From the human T2T-CHM13v2.0 reference genome, Homo sapiens, in assembly GCF_009914755.1 (NCBI RefSeq), contig NC_060932.1: DNA of 64,000 nucleotides. One strand, written 5' to 3'. The notes below the pieces were generated by a model. The model was not told where the DNA came from. It was given only the letters and a program-made list of their open reading frames with translations, and did no database searches. Positions 54,889-64,000 of this stretch are shown piece by piece. The first letter of the stretch is position 1. Every line of letters begins with the position of its first letter. Made by a program: the position numbers and the translations under genes.

Positions 54889-55311
54889 TGATAAATACTC
54901 TTACATATAATATTGTACTCCAAATTTTCCTTAAGATTAATTTCTGTAACTAAAATTAGAATAACAAAGGTTATGAACATTTAAGAGGTTATAACAGATA
55001 TTGACCTCTAGAAAGGTTTTACAAATGTAGATGTAAAATATAAACTCCCAATAGGAGTGCATAACAGAACCTGTTTTTTGTTTTTTTACTTATTTATTGT
55101 TTGTCTCTTGCCAACTTTGACTGTTTATAATAAACTAGACAAGTACATAATATATGTAAATAAAATAAACCGTAGGCAATTTTATAAGTAAAAAATAATA
55201 TCTCATTTTTTAAAATTTGTATTCTTTAGTTATGATTTTATTTCTTTACATTTATTTGGCATTTCTATGTTTTCGTTTGTGATTTGCTTGTCCGTATTTC
55301 TGCTAGCCAGG

Positions 55312-55660
55312 TGATATGGTTTGGCTCTGTGTCCCCACACAAATCTCATCTCAAATTCTAATCCCCATGTGTCAGGGGAGAGATCTGGTGGGAGGTGATT
55401 GGATCATGAGGGTGGGTTCCCCCATGCTGTTCTTGTGATAGCGAGGGACTTCTCATGATATCCGATAGCTTTAAAAATGACAGTTTCTCCTGCACTCCCT
55501 CTCTCTCCTGCCGCTCTGTGAAGAAGGTGCCTTGCTTTCCCTTCACCTTCCACCTTATTATAAGTTTCCTGAGGCCTCTCCAGCCATGCAGAACTGTGAA
55601 TCAATTAAACGTCTTTTGTTTATAAATTACCCAGTCTCAGTGTGAAAACAAACTAATACA
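55312..55660 (+). mobile_element. THE1D/MST-like solo LTR
   Basis: 'tgatatggtttggctctgtgtcccc'...'ctaataca' with a perfect 5-bp TSD CCAGG at 55307-55311 and 55661-55665. Confidence 0.92.
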
Positions 55661-56214
55661 CCAGGATTTGGTCAGAAACTGCTGTAGTTGTTTCACGTAG
55701 GAAGGATTTAATACAGGGAATCAGAGGCTTATAATATTGCTGGGAAATATTGGGAAACAGATTAGAGAAAGCTACTGTTAACCTCTGGGAATTCTGAAGT
55801 GCAGGTGTATCAGGAAACCGTGTTGGTGATTTCAGCTGCCTAAAGCACCAATGATGTGCAGGTCACCCAGGAGATCCTGGCAGAACCTCACCTCTACTGT
55901 TGGCTGAAGTCTTCATCCTTGCACAACACTGCTACAGGGTGAGAAATGGCTTCCGCTTCTCTTCCACTTTCCAAAATCTCACAAAATTCCTCTCATTGGT
56001 GAATTGTGACCCAGAATCCCGATGGCACAGATTATTCTAGCCTTTGCAATGCAGAGAAGAGCATAGAAAGAAAAAAAAAATGACCCTGAGTGGACAACAG
56101 ACAATTTGGTATAATGTCCATTACCCATTTTGATATTGGTATTTTCCTCTTTTATCATATTGATTTGTAAGAACTTCTTATGTATTATGGTGGCCTTGAA
56201 AACATGCCATTTGA

Positions 56215-56980
56215 TCTACAGCAAGGAGCATAATTGACTTAGATTCTCTTAGATTTTGCTCTTCTGGGTCCATTCCTGCATTCATGCCACACTTTCTATA
56301 GGCTGTTCTCAACCAATGGCAAAGCAGGGCAAAGGTTCTAATGCAGGCTCATTACTGTAATATATGGGATTTCTTGAATTGGTGAATTTGTCTCACGTCA
56401 GCTAAAACTTCCTTGTAACTGTGCAACAGTCTGACACTTTTCCTTCCCTTCTTCTTCAGAAGGTGTCAACTTGGACCATAGTCTGGAGGCTCTCCTTACC
56501 TTCTGAATTAGTCTGTTCTCATGCTGCTAATAAAGACATACTTGAGATTGGGTAATTTATAAAGGAAAGAGGTTTATTCGACTCACAGTTCCACATGGCT
56601 GGGGAGGCCTCACAATCATGGTTGAAAGCAAATAAGAAGCAAGGTCAACATCTTACATGGTGGTAAGCAAGAGAGCTTGTGTAGAGGAACTCTCCTTTAT
56701 AAACCATCAGATCTCATGAGTCTCATTCACCACCATGAGAACAGCATGGGAAGGACCTTCCCCCATGATTCAATTTTCTCCCACTGGGTCCCTTCCACGA
56801 CATGTGGGAATTATCAGAGATACAATTCAGGATGAGATTTGGGTGGGGACATAGCCAAACCATATAACCTTTCCCAGCTCCCTCCCTCCTTGCCTTTACA
56901 GGCACTTCCTAGTAAATCTCTTGTATGATGAAATCTTATCTTGGTGTATGCTTTTTGGAGGGCCAAAGGTAACACATATA
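56215..56980 (+). mobile_element. LTR16-like ERVL LTR interrupted by THE1
   Basis: 'ctcaaccaatggcaaagcagggc' and end 'taaatctcttgtatg...atcttggtgtatgcttttt..gg...taacaca'. Confidence 0.55.
56504..56867 (-). mobile_element. THE1B-like solo LTR
   Basis: 'ttagtctgttctcatgctgctaataaagacatac...gggtggggacatagccaaaccatat'. TSD cctt(c/t). Confidence 0.9.
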
Positions 56981-59832
56981 TTAAAGATATTAGAACTTTG
57001 TGATATTCGTTGCCATTTCTTCTCATCACAGACATTTAAAAAGAAAAACTTCATGAATTTATATAAAGAGAGAGGCTCTTCCCACATAAGTTCTTCCATA
57101 ATCAGTATATAAAGTATCATATTATTTATACCTGGGTAACCTGTAAGCTTCATATATTTTGTGCAGATTTTATAAAATTTTACTTATTAGTGATTTTTCT
57201 CAGTGATCAGGATGGTTGACCTCATGAAAAAACCCACAGGGGCTTCCTCACTTCTCTCTACTCAGGGAATTTTCCTAAAATTAACCTACATGAAGAAGAT
57301 AAGAATTTGTACTAACTTTAAAGTCTTTCCTTCTGAAATGAAAAGAGTGAGTATTGATAACGAGCAGTCCCTCAATTTCTTCTGGCTGAGGAGCAGCAGA
57401 TAATAACACTATTACTTTAAAAGCTTAAAATCAGAGTGTTTTGTCACTTTTATTGATGGATAAGCTTGAGTTCTGAATCAATATTCAGAGTTTCTCCAGT
57501 CGTGTTAATTTAACGGCCAGTTTATTTACTTTCTGAACAAAGATGTGGGACATGTATTGATAAAATGGTTTTGTTTCTCTGTCCAGCATCAGAAAAAGCA
57601 AAACAGAATAATTTTTTCAGTTCTTTTTTTTCTTACTTACTGAAACCACCTTTATTACCTTTCCTACTCCCTTGTAGCAGTCAAATGAATCCAATTATGA
57701 GGAATTAAGCCTATAAGGAAAGACACGCATCAGAAGTCAGCCCAGTCTGATTTTATCAGAAGTACCAATTGTACCTGGGGAATCCTTGGAAAGAATGGTT
57801 GAATTATCAGCTGAGAAAATCTTGGGGAAAATAAACCTTGAAAGCCGGGGATCTAGTAATCTATTTTACATTTTCGATGACAAATGAGTTTATAAATATG
57901 AAGACAGAAAGTTGTTTAATGATATAAACACTAGTTTAAACTAACATAGGGAGATTCATCTCCATTAGCCAAATTTCCAAGTATTCCTGTTACTGATTTC
58001 TAGTTTTATACTACTGTGATCAGAAAAGATACTTAACGTCATTTCAATCTTTTTACATTTATTCAGATTTGTTTTGTGATAACATATGCCTATTTTGAAG
58101 AATATTCTGTGTGCACTTGAGAAGAATGTGTATACTATTGCTATTAGATAGAATATTCTACATATGTCTGTTAGATCCATTTAGTCTAAAGTGTAGTTCT
58201 AGTTCAATGTTTCATTATTTATTTTCTGTCTGAAAAGTCTGTCCTTTGTTGAAAGTGGGCTATTGAAGTCGCCTAGTATTACTGTATTACAATGTGTTTT
58301 TCCCTTCAGGTACTTTAATATTTGCTTTATATATTTAGTTGCCCCAATGTCAGGTATGTGTATATTTACAATTATTATATTCTCTTGTTAAGTTAATCCC
58401 TTTATCATTATATAATGTCTTTCTTTTTACATTATATAATGTAAATTACATCATTTATATATAATTATATATGTAAATGACATCAATTATATATGTAAAT
58501 TACATCATTATATAATGTCTTATTTTTTACATTTTTAACTTAAACTTTATTTTGTCTGAAGTAAAGTATGAGTATCAGATTACCCCTGTTCTCTTTTGGC
58601 TTCCATTTGCCTAGAATAATCTCTCCTATTTATTCACTTTCAGTCTATGTGTGTCCTTAAAAGTGAGGTGAATCTCTTGTATGCAACATATATTTGGGTC
58701 TTAAAAAATCAATTTAGCCACTCTACATATTTTTATTGGAGACCTTAATCTATTTACATTCAAAGTAATTATTGATAAGTAAGGACTTAGCCACTGTCAT
58801 TTTGTAAATAATTTTCTGTTTTGTATTTAATAGATATTTAGTTTCTTTCTTCTTTTTCTGTCTTTGTGGTCTGATGGTTTTCTGTAGTGGGATGTTTTGA
58901 ATCCTTTCTATTTATATTTTGTGCATCTACTATAGATTTTTATTTTGTGGTTACCATGAAACTTACATAAAACATTTTAGACTTAAAACAGGCTATTTAA
59001 AGCTAATAACAACTTAACTTTGGTTGCATACAACAACTTTGCACTTTTACTTTCTCCTACCCACATTTTATATTTTCAGTGTCAAAATCAATATCACTTT
59101 GTAATTTGCTTCTCTTTATAGCTTCTTTCTGCTATAGTTGTTTTTAATAGTTTTGCCTTTTAATCCTTGTACTACAAATAAAATTCCTTTAAAAACTACC
59201 ATTACAATCCCAGAATATTCTGAATATGACTCTCTATTGCTTATCCCACTGAGTTTTGTGCTTTTGTATGTTTTATGTTGTTTATTAGCAGACTTTTGTT
59301 TTAGCTTAAAGAACTCCATTTAGCGATACCAGTAAGGCAAGCCTAGTGGTCATGAACTCCCTTAGATTTGTCTGGGAAAGCTTTTTTTTTTCCCTTATTT
59401 CTGAAGTACAGATTTTTCAGGTAAAACTGTTCTTGGTTGTCAGGTTTTGTTTTGTTTTGTTTCTGTTTTTTGTTTGTTTGTTTTTAACTTCAGCCTTCTG
59501 CATATATCATAGCACTCTCTTCTGGCCTGTAGGGTTTCTGTGGAGAAATCTACTGATAGCCATTTTAGGACTCCCTTATATGTGTTATGTTTCTTATCTC
59601 TTGCCACTCTTAGAATTTTTCTTTGTCTTTGATTTTTGATAATTTGGTTGTTATGTGTCTTAGTGAACTCCTCTTTGGGTTGAATTTTACTGAAGACTAA
59701 GCTTACTAAACTTGGATTTTTGCATTTTTCTAATATTTGGGAAGTTTTCAGCCATTATTTCTTCAGTTATGTTTACTGGTTTTTTATCTGTCTCTTATCC
59801 TTTTGAACTCCTGTTATGAAAATGTTAGTTCT

Positions 59833-60082
59833 AATGAGAATACATGGACACAGGGAGGGGAACATCACACAATGGGGCCTGTTGGGGAATGGGGGAAAAA
59901 TGGGAGGGAGAGCATTAGGACAAATACCTAATGCATGTGGGGCTTAAAACCTAGATGATGAGTTGATAGGTGCAGCAAACCACCATGGCACATAGGTACC
60001 TATGTAACAAACCTGCACATTCAGCACATGTATCAAGTAAAAATAAATAAATAAAATAAAATAAAACGTCCAAAAAAAAGAA
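59833..60082 (+). mobile_element. L1PA8-like 3' end
   Basis: Perfect 15-bp TSD 'gaaaatgttagttct' at 59818-59832 and 60083-60097. Confidence 0.93.
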
Positions 60083-60210
60083 GAAAATGTTAGTTCTTTT
60101 AATGGTGTACAATAATTCCTTCAGACTTTCTTCATTATTTTTAATTCTTTTTATTTTGGCTTCTCTGACTGAATAATTTCAAATATTCTGCCTTCAAGCT
60201 CACTGATTCT

Positions 60211-60538
60211 TTTTTTTTTCTTTCTTTCTTTCTTTTTTTTTTTTTTTAATGAGACAGGGTCTCACTTTGTCACCTAGGCTGGAGTGCAGTGGTGTGATCT
60301 TGGCTCACTGTATTCTTGACTTTCTGGGCTAAAGCAATCCTCCCACCTCAGCCTCCCAAGTAGCTGAGACTACAGGCATGTGCAACCACACCCAGGTAAT
60401 TTTTTGTATTTTTTTTTTTTTTTTTTTTTTGTAGCAATGGGGTTTTGCCATGTTTCCCAGGCTGGTCTTGAACTCCTGAGCTCAAGCCTTGGCCTCCCAA
60501 AGTGCTAGAATTATAGGTGTGAGGCACCACACCTTGCC
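60211..60538 (-). mobile_element. AluJ
   Basis: Reverse Alu with expanded T-tracts. TSD 'tgattcttttt' on both sides. Confidence 0.9.
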
Positions 60539-61314
60539 TGATTCTTTTTTTTTTTTTTTTGGCTTGATTGAATCAGCTATTGAAGCTTGTTATTGAAGCT
60601 TTCCATTGAAATTTTTAGTTCAGTCATTGTATTCATTTTTAGAATTTCTACTTTTTAAAACAATTTTGTTTCTATTTATTTGTCAAACTTTAAATTTGTT
60701 TGCATATATTTTCCAGATTTTATGTAATTTTCTATTAGTATATTCTTGTGATTCATTGAACCTCAAGAGGATTTTTCTAAATTATTTGTTAGCCATTTCT
60801 TAGATCTTCATTTATTTAGTGTTCATTGTTAGAGCTTTATTAGTTCCTTTTGGTGGTGTCACGATTCTCTGATTTTTTTATAATTCTTCTGTCCTTGCAT
60901 TGACGTCTACACATTTAAGGAGACAGCCACCTGCGCTGGCCTTTGCAGGTGTTATCGGCAGGGATAGAACTTCATTATTTAGTCTAGCTCTGATCCTGGA
61001 TGGGCCAGCTTGTACCAACCCTGAGCAGGCAGAGATTCCTGTCAGGTTCTTTAGTTGGGTGGTCTGCTGTCTTTGCTCCGAGGTCTAAAGAGACTACTGG
61101 CTGGGCTCCACCATTTAGCAAGGTACTATTGGCTGGTCTCTGCAAACAGGCCCAGCTGCTGGCTGGGCGCTGCAATAGCCATCCATTGGGCAGATTTGCA
61201 GTATGTATTCCCTGGCCAGGTTGAACTACTGTTTGCATTTTGCAGCTGCGTAGGGCTGAAGGCTGGGCTTTGAGGTCAGGTGGAGTTACAGCTTAGGACT
61301 AATGGGTCCAGAGG

Positions 61315-61496
61315 CTTTGCTCCACAGAACTGTCTTTCTTTGCTCCACAGAACTGTCTTTCTTTGCTCCATAGAACTGTCTTTCCTTGCTCCATAGAACT
61401 GTATTTCCTTGCTCCATACAACTGCCTTTCTTTGTTCCATGAGACTGTCTTTCTTTGTTCCATAGAACTGTCTTTCTTTGCTCCACAGAAATGTCT
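61315..61496. repeat. 23-bp minisatellite, about 8 copies
   Basis: Unit CTTTGCTCCA(C/T)AGAACTGTCTTT at 61315, 61338, 61361, 61384, 61407, 61430, 61453 and 61476 (partial). Confidence 0.95.
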
Positions 61497-61679
61497 GATT
61501 GAGACTTGTCTTTCAGCCTGGGTGGGGCTTTGGATTGAATTCCGAGGCTTGCCTTACTTCTTTGGACTCCCAAGTGGAGAAAGACCAGCCCCTGTTCTCT
61601 GCTGAAATGTGCTGTGGCAGGTGTTTCCCTCCCTGAGTGGAGCCTTGATTTAGGCTCTAAGGCTGGGTCAACCTGCTGT

Positions 61680-63945
61680 TTGAAATATGTGGTTTGCAAA
61701 TCATTTCTCCAAGTTTTTACTTTGTATTTTCATCCTCTTAACAAAGGCAAATGTTTTTAATATCAATGAGAACAGTTTATCAATTTTTTTTATTTTATGG
61801 ATCATGTTTTTGGTGTCAAGTCTAAGAATTCTGTCTAGCCTTAGATCCCATTTTTTTCCTATTTTCTCTAAAGTTCCATAGTTTTAACAATTAACTTTTT
61901 AACATTGTTCCTTTTGGTTTCCATTAGTATTGGTTTTATTTCCTTAAACTGATGTATATTTTAATTTTGATTTCAAATTTAATTGCATTGGGATCATAAT
62001 GTGCTACTCTGCCTTCTCTTCCACTAACTTTTGCTGTTGTTAAATTACTTTTCCCTTTTTTAAAAAACATTCTTTTTAATCTTATATGAACACATTTTTT
62101 GGGCACTTTAGACTTTAGCAGTTGAATGTTTTATAATTTATCTTTAAATTTTCTTTGCAAATCAAATGCTGTTATAACAATAAATAACTGAATTTCTACA
62201 GAAATTCAGAAATTAATTAATACCCCACAATGTTTGATTCGATATCTAGTGTTTTCATAGCCATTCAGTTCTAAATATTTCACACATTCCAATATGGTTT
62301 TCTTCTTTATCTCGGAATTAATTAGCAATGCTATTTTCTTAGTATCAAACTTTAAACTATTATTTTAATGTTGATATGTAATTTAATTACATAGATATGT
62401 GGGAAAATCATCTATGTGATATGTACTCTATAAAATTTTTGAGACTCATTTTGTAATCTAGCATGTGGCCAATTTTTGAAATGTTTCCTATGTGCTTGGA
62501 AAACATGTATATTCTCTGTTTGTTGAGTCTGGGGATACCTGTACCACTATTAGATCAAACACATTAATTTCGTTATGAGGATTTTATTTGTTCTCTCAAA
62601 TTTTAGGTCTGCTTGATCCACTAGTCTCTGATCAAAGTGACCTAATGTATTTCAATCTGATGGCAGATTTACCATTTTCTCCTTACAATTCTTTTTTAAT
62701 GTATGTTTTATTCCTGTAAAAATAGCAAACTTTAACAGTTATTTCACAGATGTTTTTTAAGTTTCATAAAATTTTCTTAATGTGTGTATATTTGAAAACA
62801 TCCTTATTTCATGTTTTCTCTTGAAAGATAGTTTCTTTGGTGATAAAATTCTAATATATTTCTCTTCACCATTATAATGATTAATCATTTGTATGATGTT
62901 ATTCATTTTTGCTGATGGTAACTTTGCTATTGCTGTAGTTATTTTTTTTTGTAACAATCTTTTATCTCTAGTAGCTCTTAGGGTCTTATTTTTGTCTTTT
63001 ATGTCCTAAAGTTTCATAAAATGTAAATCTGTTTCTATTCTGTTGGATACTACTTGTGTCATTTTAAAATGAAGATTCACGTAATTCTTTAATTCCTGAA
63101 CATTCTCATTGATTATCTTTTGTCTAAACTTCTGAAATTGAAGCAAAATACACAGTGCACCAACTGTAAATGTACAACTTGATAGATTATCACAATTGCC
63201 CAAGTATGAACCAGAACATTACCAAAGCCCTAGAAGCCTCCTTCATAGCCAATCATCCTCTTCCCCATAGGTAAACACTATCTTGATGTCTAATTTTATA
63301 CTTATGCCTATTTTTGAGCTTTATGTAAATCATACAGTATATATTTGATCATATTTAGCTTCTTTAATTCAAGATTATATTTGTGAGACTTAATCATGCT
63401 GTTTTACATGGATCATGCTGTTTCTTGTAAATCGTGTAGATCATTTACTGACACTGTTTATTCATTTATTTCTGTGTATGAATATACCAATTTTATGTAT
63501 TCTTTATATTCTTAGTGGGCATTTAGATTATGTCCAGTGTTTAACTATTATGAATAATGTTGATATGAACATACTGTAAAAGTCTTTTGATGCGTATGTA
63601 CCTGAATTTTTATTTCTATGTCTCTTTCTAGAAAATGAAATTGCTGGATCATAGGACAAGTATAAATTCTATATGTTCTTCTTTAGTAAATATTGGCATA
63701 TGCTTTTCCAAAGCAGTGGTAGCAATTACATCCCTATCAATAGTACAAGATTCTCTGTTATGAGTCTTCTTAGTTTTAGCCATTTTGGTGTGTAGAAATA
63801 GCTCATTGTAGCTTTAGTTTGCATTTTCCTTATTACTAATGAGGTTGAGCAACTTTTCATATGTTTATTGGGTATTTGACTATCTTTTTGTGTGATTTGT
63901 CTGGTTAGTTCTTTTTCTGAAATTTCTACTGTATTCTTACTACTC
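61680..63945 (-). mobile_element. Decayed L1M/L1ME fragments
   Basis: T-rich plus strand with 'tggtttgcaaatcatttctcc', 'tttagtttgcattttccttattactaatgaggttgagcaacttttcatatgtttattgg'; minus-strand peptide NKHMKSCSTSLVIRKMQTK. Confidence 0.75.
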
Positions 63946-64000
63946 ATTCAGCAGACTTGCTCTCCCCTCCAGTATACTCATATCTAAATCATAAACACAT

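Larger units (their letters stand above)
57965..61680 (-). mobile_element. 5' half of an old L1M (5' UTR-like region, ORF1, ORF2 endonuclease) with nested L1PA, Alu and minisatellite
   Basis: Endonuclease peptide MDLTDICRIF...YTFFSSAH...KKIEMTLSIFSDHSSIKLEI (57965-58180) and reverse ORF1-type motifs such as 'tttgggaagttttcagccattattt' and 'ttcaagctcactgattcttt'. Confidence 0.8.

Noticed and set aside
61315-61496. 23-bp repeat array as a CRISPR array
   Set aside because: The units are contiguous with no unique spacers, there are no cas genes, and the DNA is mammalian.
61315-61496. AGAACTgtcTTTCT in each unit as a steroid-receptor or heat-shock element array
   Set aside because: The second half-site and spacing do not fit AGAACAnnnTGTTCT or nGAAnnTTCn.

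Overview
Primate (very likely human) genomic DNA at the ADRA1A (alpha-1A adrenergic receptor) locus, with the gene on the minus strand. The window holds the CpG-island promoter and an upstream non-coding exon (donor at 49771), the main coding exon (acceptor 48489, ATG 47822, 883 nt of CDS for TM1-TM6, phase-1 donor at 46940) and about 47 kb of the large intron that follows. The TM7/C-terminal exon lies outside the window, beyond position 1. The intron contains a decayed COX6B1 processed pseudogene (18641-19118, same strand as the host gene) and an in-frame alternative terminal exon (41970-42061) that would give a truncated 6-TM receptor. The rest is ordinary mammalian repeat landscape: Alu, L1, L2, MIR, MaLR LTRs and MER DNA transposons, many with readable target-site duplications (TSDs). 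I found no convincing wholly new biological system. The most coherent signal is a set of intronic exits right after TM6 (read-through stop, alternative exon flanked by inverted Alus, a cryptic acceptor, a retrocopy poly(A) signal) that could tune full-length versus 6-TM receptor output; truncated isoforms of this gene are already partly known. Repeat subfamily names and boundaries were assigned by eye and are approximate.
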